A DNA stretch of 63,833 nt, filler included, from Bipalium vagum (lineage: Eukaryota): NCBI GenBank assembly GCA_037834085.1. It is 3 parts of 3 records of this genome, joined end to end, with 100 filler letters (N's around TTAATTAATTAA, not from the genome) between each part and the next. Parts side by side here need not be neighbours in the genome. Positions count along the whole stretch, not along the records: positions 1 to 29,616 come from JBBMKC010019267.1; 2 more parts are not named here. One strand, given 5' to 3'. Below, piece after piece: positions 1 to 12,380 of the stretch; within the stretch, counting starts at the first letter, position 1; every line of letters begins with the position of its first letter. Under the pieces are notes generated by a model. That model was not told the DNA's origin. It saw nothing but the letters and a program-made list of their open reading frames with translations, and searched no databases. The position numbers and the translations under genes are program-made.

Positions 1-1864
1 GGTGCGAGCTCAATAGTTAAGCCCATAGCAACCTTAGTTAAGGTCAGATACGCTAGGGGGCAGGTTTGCGCCAACAAAATACTAAATTAAAATTAAATCG
101 ATTAAAATATTTATTTAGGTAATACTCTGTGAGATGAAATATTTGTCTTAATTATAAGACAAATCAAACTAAAATTTTATGTAAATAATCAGGAAATTAT
201 ATTATTAAATGATACTTTGTCTTAACTGTAAGACAAGTTTTATGAAAATTATTTTTACATTTACTAAAAAATTAGCTTTTAAAATGTTAAGACAAAAGAA
301 AAAAATTTTAAAAACCCAAAGCATATATTCCTGCAATGAAAATGCGGTAAGGTTGGGAAGGGATTACTGATCGTAGGTGTAGGTAGTATTTGGGATCATT
401 GTTTGTAGTCGTAGTCGGGATCACGGCTAGTAGTCATAGTTGGAATCTTGGTTCTAAATTTTTAGAACCAGTTTTTAGCTTCTGAAAAGTTGGTAGTTTT
501 TGCTAAATTGACGTGATAAATTCTCTCTCTTCTCGTTCTGCTTGTTGCGCCTTTTAGATGCGTTTGGTGATGATTGATTTCTAGAAGGTTGACGTATTGT
601 CGATTGATTGTTGACGTTTCTGAATTATTGATGTTTTTGTTGATGACATATTGTCTATTGATAGACGTTTGTCGATAAGAGATGGCACTTGTCGATGAGA
701 ATTTTGATGATTTATTATTAATCTTTATTGTTTCTGCCCTTTGTCTATTATTTGTCTATTATTTTTTATATTAAAATTTATTTTTAGTTATTATTAATTA
801 TCAAATATATATATTTATTACATTTTTTACACTATTTTTAATTTTTATATCCCTTTTTTGTTTTTAGTAACCCTATATTATTTTATATATATTTTTATTT
901 TTTTTAATTAAATTATTTTATATTTTATTTACTAATTTTTTTATATTATTATTATTATTATTATCCTTATCTACCAAGGGGCACCCTTCAAAAATTAGAT
1001 TCAATAACATAAAATATAATTATAAAATACAAATGTTCACATGAAAACACTGATCACATATGTATAAATGCTCGCACGACAACAAAAATGATCACATAAT
1101 TATAAATTTTAATGTCTTGATTGTCTTCGGGTTGAACGGTTTGTTGATGGATTGGATTGTCGAGATTGTCTGGCCTTGAATAGATTTGGAAGATTTGGAG
1201 GATTTGTTGAGGGATTTGGTGAGTTGGGAGGATTTGATTGGTGTCTCCACATTTGTGTTACCAATTGTGTTATTGACCATAACATTTTATTGTTGAACTA
1301 GTTAATTTTCTACCATCATCAATATCAAACATTATTGAGAAGAAAGATAACGACTCATAGCTTAAATTTATAGTAATAGTGTAATTTTTATAATTCTAAA
1401 AAATTTAAAACTGTTTCTAGATATTATTATTGTAAATTCCCTTATCATTCATGTAAGACATAAAATTATAATAATTCTCTTAGAAATTTGTCTGACCATT
1501 TAAACCACAAATAGTTTTATCCTTCACTTCTTAACATGAAAATTCTCTATTGATACAGGAAAGATTAAAATAATCATGATATTAAAAAAATTAACTATTG
1601 CAAATTGAAATTTTTCAAAAGACGGTCTTTATAAACGCTAATTTTAGACTTTAATTAATTCAAAAATTTTTATTTTTGAATATAAATGGTTATTATGTTA
1701 TTTTTGTGATTAAAAATAAAAGGATTCATTTAACGTTGGATAATTTTTCCATTTCTTTTAACAAGCCAATTTCTTGAATTTATAAATAAACAATATCAAA
1801 ATAGTAAGAATATTATTCTCATCTTTTCTTTTTATATCTCCGAGCAGCTTTCATTTTAAGTTAA

Positions 1865-4800
1865 ATGAATTCAAAAAATGGGCTAAGAGAAAATCTGAAC
1901 ATTGATTTCTCAAATGTCTCTACTTCTGTGAAACCAGAAACCAGGTGAGATTAATGAATCGGTTATTAATTCAACATTTATGTGTTCATGTATTAATTGT
2001 AATGTAATATTTGTTAAATATTTAGTTTTTGGACAAATTATGCTCACCAAGGACGACTTAATATACCTAACAAATGTCTCGACTTGGTAATGATTGAATT
2101 ATTTTGCTGTTTTATAATTTTTATCTTTTTAAACCTTTATTTATAAAATAAAACAAATTAAAATTACTTAGAAATTTCCAAATTATTTGTGATATCTATC
2201 TTTGTTATGGCCAAAAAGAAGTTTTATATTTTTTTCAAATCGAACTAAGTCTAGTCGAATTTATATTTTCAAATTAATTAGATAAATACTAGAAATAATT
2301 AAACATGTACAAAACTGGGTATAAAATAATAGGTTTTAATAGTAATAATATCTAATTTTTCATGCTACTTTTTTTTACAATTGTATCACATTGTAAAGTT
2401 CATTTAATTATTAACTTATATTATTAATTTTTGGTTAAATATATATTAATAGTCTTTAAATTTTACTATACTTGATTCATGACTAATATTATAAAATATC
2501 GTTTAATATATATAATCAATTTAATAAATCTATATCAAAGATTTTATGGAAAATTTTATTTTTAAGAAGACGTTAATTATTTGTGTACCTCATCACGATT
2601 AAATGATTTCAAATTACTATGGACGTTTAAGTTGGACCCGTATAAAAATGTAACAGAAATATTTGCATATGATATCAAGGGGAGAGAAGTTCAAAAGATA
2701 TAAGCATTTCGATGAAGCATGAAATTCTGAGCTAGTTCAAATCAGATGACGGTTGTTAGTAATGTTTTTCATGTTCATAGGAATTCATTATGTTGTTTTT
2801 AACCATTAATGATCAAAGTACTGACAGAACACCAAAATTGGCCCGGGACTGATTTTTGCTGCTCTCAAAAGAAATATTTTCTAAATCTGAGTCACTTGTA
2901 TCTCAAGAACTATCAAAATTAGAGCTTTCAAAAATACCCTTCAAATGAGTTATTTATTCCGAAATATTTACATATTTACTATTGCTGGTAATAAGAACGA
3001 GCTACAAACAAATCTGAAAAATGAGTATCTGCAGTTTCTTAATTCCACTATCTTTTTTGAAACGCACACTGGATTATGGTCATAATATCATAATATGAGT
3101 TAATATTACATTTCACATTCACGCTATGACTTACATCAATTGACTTGTTCATTCATTTTTGTGGGTTGTTTCAATTTTGGTACTAATGTGATTTTATTAG
3201 ACATGTGTATTATTCTTACAAATAATTAAGTTTTGTGAATTCGATTATTCCTAAAATCGTCTTGATATTTATCCATATCATTGATTAGCTATTGAAACAA
3301 AAACTTCTGATACTTCTTATTTAAAAGTATTTAGTTTTAAATAGATGACAATTATGTTTATAATTGGTTTTAACAAGTAAAATTACATTGTAACATATTG
3401 AATCTACTCGGCATATTAAAAAATTGATGATTAAAAGGTTTATTTTGTTTAAACTTGTCATGCTTCAGATTAATATGTAAGGCGCCATTTTAAAATAAAT
3501 ATAAAAATAACTCAATAAGCAAAAAACAAATCAATTTTATCCTAAACTTATCATTTGCATTCTCCATGAAGTGTAACAATGGTCCAGAGAAATTCTGTCA
3601 TAAAATAAGATCACAAAACCATGGTAATTTCGAAGTACTTTTAAGATTTGTCTAAAGAGAGAAAAAGATCGTCCTTGATTTGCATTGACATGGAGCAATG
3701 AAATCAATCAATAAAAACTAGGCAAAAAGAATAAAGGAAGGAATTCGTGTAATTTGTGAAAAGAATTTTATTTCGAATCAAATTTTATAATATTGAACAT
3801 TTTTGGAGCTGTAAAAGTAAAGAAAGAATGACTTTTTTTGAAAAACATGATATAAAGATATCCAACAACTTCTGACAAACCAAATAATAATTTCGTTCAT
3901 ACGTTTTCATCTGGCTTAAAGTGAGCAGAATATTGGTTTTAAGGTTTTGGGTAAATAAGAAATGTAAATAGCATTTGTAAAAATAGTTTTGATTTCTTTC
4001 GTTTTCCTAATGCTTTCATCTCCATTGTCTTATTGACCTATTAACAATTGATGAAACCGTAGAGTAGTTCTAATTTTAATAGACCGGGCAGTCCGAAAAA
4101 TTATTCTTTCTATAGCTTCAAAAGTTTTAACGACAAATGTCTCGTCAATAAGCTTATCCGTGAGACAGCTAAATAAATTGGGTATTGATTTTAAGAGGAA
4201 CTCCGAAATCATGGTCCAAATTCCTTTATTAAATGGTATATTGGGAAATAATATAATCTATAATTGGAGAAAATTGTGAGAACATTTTTCATTGGTAAGT
4301 ACGACAACTCTGACTTATCAAGAGGAAACTTTAATTTCCCACTGATGGACTGATGCATTTTAAGATCAAGCCAGTTTATGTTTCAGGAAAACAATGGGTG
4401 GATGATTAAGTGGAGAAAAATTACAAAATTTTCCTTTTTATGCTTTGGTGATTAATCTATGATCCTAAAAAAATTGACAATTTATTCCTGGTGAAAGCGG
4501 TGGTCAGTGAACAAAGTAAATAATCTGACAGATATTAAAGGTGACACTGGTGGTAATTGCAAGTCATCAGAAGAGATAGATTGAACGTAATTGATTAGGT
4601 TGGCTGTATTCATTTTTCTTATCTTTTTGATTTTCTTATCTCGTGATTGCTGTGTAGCTTTATTGATAGTGATCTCGTTACTGTAAAAATAACATAAAGG
4701 TATTGCCACAGAAATATCGTTTGAGACTGACGGTAACATGAAAAATATATCTAAATCTGGAAATTTGCTGAGAATAAAATAATTGGTGAGCTAATTAATA

Positions 4801-7800
4801 TATAATAATAATAATTATTATTATTATTTTATATTATCATCAAATTTGAATAGCGGAAATCCGGATGTCCTGATTTTTAGTACTTTCTTTATGGATTGAA
4901 TGTCTTGATTCGACCTTTCTGACAGTATATATTTCCGGTCTATAACTGGCTCATATAGAGAGCATCTCTTTTCGACAGAATTTTTTCAATAAATTTTTTT
5001 TCTAAAAAAGCCGTTGTTTCATGTAAAGGTGGTGGTTCATTCTGCGTTCCCTTGTTCATCTGTTAGAAAGTGAAACAAAATGCACACAAAATTTTTCTTA
5101 AAATGAAGACCGGAAAACATTAGCAACAGTGATCTTTTCTAAGCATTCAAGAAACTTTTTCACATTTTTATCTTTTGCTTGGTCACAGCTTTCTCCAGAC
5201 GAAAATTCTCTTGAAATCTATAATATCAATTTTATTCATGACTTAGAAGAGACTATTCTCTTTTTCTTTGGTGAGTTTCCTGTGGTATTTATCATGATGC
5301 GTTTAATGACCTTCCTGTGCGCTGGGCAAAATGTATTAATGCAGGTGGCAACCGATTTGAAAATGTGTGATTGTGTACTTGTAAAATAGGTATTTAATAT
5401 ATTAACAATGCTTTCTCTTAAATATGCTAATCCGGAAACTCTTTGAACGAACCATGCACATATTAATATTTCAGTGACATTTTTTAGCAACTTAAAACAA
5501 AAATGGGTATCTTTTCATTGCTCCATTGAGTTTTTGTTAAAATTTAAAATAGTGCCATTAGGAATTTCACAAGCTTTTACTGTCACTAGTTCATTGAATA
5601 TTTTCGTGAGATATTCAGGTAAATCGTATAAGTATTGATATTTCCTTTTTATTCATATTTATTTGATATTAAATAATAACTAATGTAAAACAGAAAAATA
5701 ATTTAGTCGCTGGGAGTGTTTTTCCTAGGAGGAGGAATTTTTTCTCAAGTAAAATTGATTATAAAATTGTTTTTAGATCAGGTTTTTCGTTTAGTTAAGT
5801 TAATTAAGAAAAAGTGATGTACACAAAATAGGGTGTTCGTCTTATTCTTTGGATAATAGAGACTTTTCAAACTTAATAATTACGAATAACAATTTACGAT
5901 GAAAAAGAATCAAGAAAGAAGTGATTAATTGGTTTAAAAAGAATTTAGACCAATTATTATTAGGAATTTTCAAGCTTTTCTCCATAAAACAACATTAATA
6001 TAAATGTGCATAAAAAGAGAGCAAAAGATTATTGATCTTCGAAATATAATCATTTGTTTTCAGTAACTTTGAGCGATCTGATGAAAATAAAATTCCTTGG
6101 TTTTGAAAGTGAACCATTTCGAGCCTGTTCGACCTCTTCCACTGTTTGAAATCACCAATCCTGGAAAAATGCAGTCATAGAGCAGTCTGAAGATGATACG
6201 TTCAGACTGTATGGTAGATGTGGAAGTAATTGTCCACGATACATCTTCTGAATTTGAAATATGTAAACTAAGATCTAGATAGCATTTTGGGAAAAGACTT
6301 TTGGTACAATCTAGTATACCAGGTTGCAAAGTAAATAAATTTTCTGTCAATTAAAACAAAAAATATTAATGATATTGGTAAGAACCCAATTCTGACATCC
6401 AAAACCAAAGACCATAATAAAAGTGTTCGGGAATCTGATTAATCTATACTTAAAAGAAAATCATTTCTAGTTTGTCATTAAAATTCACTCAAAACTCGGG
6501 AGATTCAGGAAATTATGTTGAATTCCAATGATATAAATTATTTATTTTTATTTTCTTTATATATATAATATGTACAGCTGAACTAAGGCTTCTCCCTTTT
6601 GGGATAATTAATAATATATTTGAACAATATCAAAGGGCAGATTGAAATCAAACAGGATATATTTTATTATTCATTTTATCCGTTTTCTGCTACAATAAAG
6701 AAACCCTACGCTTGATATTATTTTCAATTTTGGTGCTTATTAAAACAACAGATATTTTATTTCTAACTAAATTTAATCCCAGAATACAAAACGGGAGGAG
6801 AAATTGATTAAAAATAAAAGAGAATGTTATCAATTTAAAAAACAAGTCACTGGATTAAATCTCACTAATTAAAGAAAGGTTTTAAGAAGTATTAGGAAAT
6901 GTTGTCTACACCTGGATCAAATTGGAATGCTTTATAAATAATTAATTGCACCAGGAAAACCATCCACAGTAATCTTCAAAAAGATCAAGAGCGAGTTCTT
7001 GTTATGCTTATTTGGAGTGATGCTGAAAGCATTGGTCAGACATCGAATGTGTTGGTATTGCTTATTGATCGTTCATTTCTGTTTAGAATTTCATGTTCAG
7101 AAAGTTGTATGAAAATGTCACATTTGAGTGTGAATGTTTCACTTGAAATATTTTTAAATGATTGAACCCAAACAAGTAATATAGATATAGTAAAGTTTAT
7201 CTAATTAAAATATTGGATCTAATTTAATAACATAAAATAAAATAAAACCAGTTTCGGTAGAGCATTAAGAGTTATGAAATAATATTTAATCCAATAACTT
7301 CCTTTATTTGATTTAATTCATTATTATTTTAAGTATAAATTCTGACACGTTTTCGGAGAAGGCGAATCCTGTTCGACTTAAATTAAATAATGAGAAATTG
7401 ATTTGCGATCATATGGGGGGGACCTGTTTTTCATTGATTAAGCAAAAATAAATAGAAACGTTGCTCGTAGAATGTTGCTTAGAATCGTCCTGCGATCAAT
7501 GGGCGTTAGTCAGCGGTGAGCCAACATTCATTTATCTATTATTCAATTCTATGACTAAGAACGACCGCTGAACATTCACTAATCGATTTTGCTGCAGAAA
7601 TGCCAGTCTAACCATTTTGTTTTATTAATCAACTGTTCACATCATTATTAATAGCTTTTGCTCATTTGTTCAACAGCCATTGTCGTCTGTCCATAATGGT
7701 ACAAAGATTAAACATGCTGAAAGCCATTGACATTTAAAAATCATCGTCACTAATTATTTTTTTATCATTTTTTCCTGCATCCATTTTGCACTATTTCAGT

Positions 7801-10800
7801 TAGAATAAATTTAAAATTGATTTAATCAATATGCAACAGAAGAAATGTTTCCTTTTTTATGTTTTTCTTGTTTTAATGGATTTTAGCATGTTTATTTTTA
7901 ACCTAATGTCCCTATACATAATATTCATTTTGTTTATTATTCTTGTGATCGTTCCTATTACTCTTAGTGGCGAGCAGAACATCAATTACTTTGCTTTGCA
8001 TAATTTCAAACAAACATTGAGATTATAATTATTTTGTTTAAATTATCAAGCAATCTTTATTTTACGTGAATTGTTCTATAAAGCTTTTGTGAAAAATGGA
8101 CATAAGGCCATCTTTAAGCGTTAATTCGTGAATAATCAAAAGTGGCTCATTGTTCTTAAGCTGGTGTGTTGAGGTGCAAGGTACAAGCACAAAATAGGTT
8201 GTGACAGAAATAAGAATTTTATTTTAAAAAGTCTACGAGAAGAACTTTTGAAGAAAATCATTGAGATCTTTTATATACCGAATAAGAATTAGAAAATAGA
8301 AATCAAATATTGTTTAGGGTAAAGGTCATAAAATTTTAAAATTTCCATGTCGAATCGTTCAATAATTGATTAAATTAAGTTAAAAAATTGTTAAAGGTAG
8401 TATTGGATTATTTCTGTGCCATACTGAGTAGACATACCATTGAATTTTTCGGTAAAATTTTCTATAAAAATTTTCGAGTTAAATAAATCAATATATTTTT
8501 GTTAAATAATCACAGTTAAATAATCGATAATTCTTTAAAATATATTGTTTTTTAATACTCGTATTCGACAGAATTAAATATTTTTTCTTAAGTTTTTATA
8601 TTTGCTTTAAGAAACATCTATCTTTTAGGTCTGTTACATTTCTTTTTACTGTAGAAATAATAACTATAACTATGTTAACTAGATTTATCTAATTATTGCT
8701 TTTTATTCCGTGTATTTATCAGATATTTGGGTCAGAAGATCTTGTTGACTGTGGTGAAATCGGTAGAGGAGCTTATGGGTCCGTCAATCGTATGAAACAT
8801 AAAAATACTGGTCAGATAATGGCCGTAAAAGTATGATAAGTTATCAGTTTATTAGTTTATCTAAGTCCATTGTGAAGAGAATAAGATCGACACTTGACGA
8901 ATGTCAGCAGAAAAGCACTCTTAACGATCTCGATGTAATTATGAAATCCGCAAATTGTCCGTTTATTGTCAGATTTTATGGAGCATTGTTTCGAGAAGGG
9001 GATTGTTGGATATGCATGGAATTGATGTCGACCTCCCTCGATAAACTTTATCGATATGTTTATGGTCACCTGAAAGAAAAAATACCAGAACGAATTCTTG
9101 GAAAAGTTGCTGTGGGAGTAAAGATATTTTATTTGAAATATTTCCAATTAATTACGACATTTAGACTGTCAAAGCTTTAGATTACTTGAAGGTTGAATTG
9201 AAAGTCATTCACAGAGGTCAATATAATTTTATTACTTTTATTATATTTTCCAATAATTCACTTAAGTTGCACTGTGTCATCATTGTTTTTTCTTTTTTTT
9301 AATTAAACTAAATTTAGAATTCTCATTTTTTTATATCATTAGGTTTGTGCAAAATTAGTTTCGTTCTTTTGGAAACTTTTCTAAATACGAATTGACATTA
9401 TTTTGCACCAATCTAACTGAATCACGTATAGAAAATAAACAAGTCTTTAGTAAACAAGGGCCCAACGTTATGCAATGTTATGAATATCATATTTATAAAA
9501 TTTTGAAGTTTTTTGTCAAAACGTTTCGAGCTTTCTGAAAGTGACACACGGTCAGCAAATTTATCGTGTAAATATTATATAAATATTATTTCAGATGTCG
9601 TTATAAAAGTCTAAAAAAATAATAGCAGTTTCCATGAGTTATGTGGTTTTTCGTTTTCAGTCTATAAATCTTTTTTCCAGTTGATTTCGTTTTTATTTAA
9701 AGGGACTGATATCTGACTTTACACTTTAACTATTGGATAAAAAATTAGAATAAAATGATTGTCTCGAACAGGGGGTTTTCAAATAATGTAAGAGGACAAT
9801 CAGAATTCCATTCCTTATATTGATTGTTATTTGAAAGGCACTTCAAAATGCAATTTTAATAACAAAATAATTTCTGAAATAAAATGATATTTAATTAATT
9901 TTATTTTTATTACCTTTTTTTATTAAAAATTGAAAATTCTTAAAATTAAGATTGCCATTTCCATAGTATCACATGACACTTATTATATTTTTGTAATATT
10001 CTGTAATAAAATTCAAGCTGCACTTAAAATAATGAAATTCAAAACAAATGTTCATGAACATTGATGTTAATGTTAAATAAAGAGGTTTATTTATTTTTGA
10101 ACTCTTAATGTCCTGAGTATATCCAATTATTGTGTGAAAAATAATAACTTTATGTCTTCGATCATTTTTTCTGGTGCTTATCACTTGAAACAACCACATT
10201 CTCAATAATCACCTACATTTTATATCGAAGATATAGATTGTCTTATCTTTATTATCGATTTTTAAAATGTTATTTCTCACGTTATTTGAAGAACTTTTAA
10301 TTGTTATCGACCATATGCGTCAGAAAATGCAATTACTATCTTTATGAAACAACATTTATGACAATAATTATTGAGAGTATTTCTTAATTGATTTGGTTTT
10401 CAGACGTCAAGCCATCAAATATATTGATAGACAGAGATAGTAACATAAAGCTTTGTGATTTTGGTATTTCTGGTCAGCTTATTGATAGTATCGCTAAGTC
10501 CCGCGATGCTGGTTGTAAACCATATATGGCACCGGAACGAATTCACCCAAAACTATCTGCCAAAGGCTATGACATCAGATCAGATGTGTGGTCATTGGGT
10601 ATAACTATGATTGAACTTGGTACCGGTAAGTTTCCATATCCCGCGTGGGAATCAGTTTTCGAACAATTGACATGTGTGCTTCACGGAGATCCTCCTAGTG
10701 TTGATGATTCGATGGGTTTTTCAAAGCATTTCCAAAATTTTATAGAAAGATGTCTTGAAAAGGATTATTCTAAACGACCACGATATGAAGAATTGAAGGT

Positions 10801-12380
10801 ACACTATGTATTAATATTATTTTTTGTCAATATTAATTGTTAGGGGCACATAGGATTTGCGTAAATAATAAACTATTAAATATTTTATAATTATAATTAA
10901 GATAGTAATAGTTCAGAGGTGCTGAGAAAGTTTGTGGAATCCGAGCTTTATAACTGACATAATCATAAGATTCGACATTTATTTAATAAATCGTTTGAAT
11001 AAATTTGTATAAATAGGTAAAATATTTGAACTAGAACCTATAGAATTTGAAACTGTCACGGAAAAATTATCGTTTAATGATTTACTATGACTTTAAATGT
11101 GGATACACACGAAATCAATGTATAGGCCTACTTTGTTTAGCCTTTCGGAATAAAGTACAATCAGATAACTGTGTAGAGAGATGGTTCGCAGAATTCTAGC
11201 GTGAATGCATGTCTGAAGGACGAATTTCATGAGAGTCATCCCTCAATATACGTTTCATCAACTAATATGATTGAAAGAGGTCGACATATATCATATCTTA
11301 AAATGGAGGCATCTATTGTTAAAAGCTGAAAATAATAAAGGTGAACGATCGAAATCATGAAAACAATTGAACAATTGAAACAATCACATTTCCTTTTGTT
11401 ATAGATGTTGATGGACGACCAGAACGAGCTTCATCTTCTATGTATTCACGCACTTCTCCGAAAAATTTATATCACTTGAATATATTTTTTCTGGGTCAGC
11501 TTTGCTCACCAAATGATGTCTGCATCATTTGAAAAGTTTTGGTGGCATTGATTTCATCTTTTGAACAAAATTTAATGCAACTTTGCTCAGTAATAGAAAT
11601 TTTTAAAAAATCGCTAAAAGATCAATTAATTGATGTAAATAAACAAGTGTTACTTATTTGTTGTTTGACATATCAAATTGTCAAATATGTCATCAAAGTG
11701 AAATGCAGCAAAAATATAGATGAATGTTGTGGAAAGGTAGAAATAACAGTTTTTTGGACTCCAACATTTGTCTGAGCTTCCCATTTATAAGTCACCTTAC
11801 CTTTTGAACAAAGCAGTATTATAAAATACAAAAATTAAAAGGGACCCTTTAAGCATGGCCAAATATTTCAATGTGCTGACATTAAATAAAAATAACAAAA
11901 AGTGAAGAATCAACGATAAAGATACTTTTTCGTTAAAACCCTCTGGGAATCAAAAACCTTGTCTGAAGCTGTTAAAGTTTGGGGCTTTTAAAGTAATTTT
12001 AATTTATCACCACTTAGGTCAAGAAAGAAAGAACTGTTACATTAAATTTAATGTTTTAATGGCATTAATTGGTAACAGGTTTCTCCTCATCAATTAACAA
12101 TCACTCTTTTGTTAAAAAAAAACCACACTTTTAGTTAAAAATAATTTTTGAATATTTCCATAAGGGATACTTTGATACCGTTTTCATTTTTTGTTGACTT
12201 AGGAAACGTTTTATAACATCGGCTTTTTTCATTTTTGTGTTTTTTCAGCAACACCCGTTTTTCATCAATTCAGAATTCGATCAAATCAACGTGAGCGAAT
12301 ACTTCTGCAAAATAATCGATTCTGTTCCTCAGGGTCTCAGCTTAAACGATTTCATCTCTCAAGAGTCATTTGGGAATTGA
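1865..12380 (+). CDS. MAP2K4: Dual-specificity MAP kinase kinase 4 (MKK4/SEK1), 7 exons, 355 aa
   Basis: join(1865..1944,2026..2086,8723..8830,8878..9117,9165..9216,10404..10798,12249..12380) = 1068 nt. All introns are GT-AG and phase-consistent. Motifs: GEIGRGAYGSVN, IMAVKRIRST, FYGALFREGDCWICMELM, HRDVKPSN, DFGISGQLIDSIAKSRDAGCKPYMAPERI, YDIRSDVWSLGIT, QHPFF. Exons 1-2 (RENLNIDFSN; QGRLNIPNKCLDL-IFGSEDL) align by eye to the MKK4 docking site and pre-kinase segment and are less certain than exons 3-7. Confidence 0.93.
2650..7170 (-). pseudogene. Decayed multi-exon gene of unknown family, antisense within MKK4 intron 2
   Basis: A chain of minus-strand protein-like reading frames (4030-4212, 4482-4739, 5236-5640, 6060-6350, ~6385-6445, ~6950-7170) is separated by ~35-60 nt GT..AG segments, e.g. 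INQIPEHFYYGLWFWMSEL|ENLFTLQPGILDC. It is interrupted by in-frame stops (MEQ*KDTHF near 5516; FDSS*DTSD near 2903) and frameshifts. Boundaries are approximate. Confidence 0.55.
9339..9416. mobile_element. MADE1-like mariner MITE (~78 bp) in MKK4 intron 5
   Basis: TTAGGTTTGTGCAAAATTAG...CATTATTTTGCACCAATCTAA: two degenerate inverted repeats resembling the TTAGGTTGGTGCAAAAGTAAT mariner TIR, with almost no internal sequence. Confidence 0.65.
10914..11320 (+). mobile_element. Mariner (DD34D) 5' fragment, transposase N-terminal HTH, pseudogenised
   Basis: From ~11047 it reads LKLSRKNYRLMIYYDFKCGYTRNQCIGLLCLAFRNK...VERWFAEF*R...LKDEFHESHPS...RHISYLKMEASI. This matches the mariner N-terminus pattern (FRAMIFYDF...RWFSEF..G...L.DEFREGRP). 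Contains a stop and a frameshift. Confidence 0.8.
11386..11816 (-). mobile_element. Mariner (irritans-like) 5' fragment with one TIR
   Basis: Minus strand reads EQSCIKFCSKDEINATKTFQMMQTSFGEQS*PRKNIFK*YKFFGEVREYIEDEARSGRPSTS. A TIR-like TA-CTGCTTTGTTCAAAAGGTAAGGTGACTT lies at 11789-11818. Confidence 0.8.

Noticed and set aside
2650-7170. Idea that recurrent in-frame TGA codons in the nested gene reflect selenocysteine, readthrough or a variant genetic code
   Set aside because: Frameshifts and TAA/TAG stops also occur. Neighbouring intact genes use the standard code, and MKK4 ends in TGA.
7480-7790. Minus-strand VPLWTDDNGC resembling the MULE WTNN..ES motif
   Set aside because: Too short and too broken by stops to support a call.
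8833-9180. ORF-track starts and ends for MKK4, the K2P channel and PSMD12 (e.g. MISYQF..., MIWFSDV..., MIYALPG..., MECGIE...)
   Set aside because: They are read-through into introns or internal codons. Spliced models replace them.
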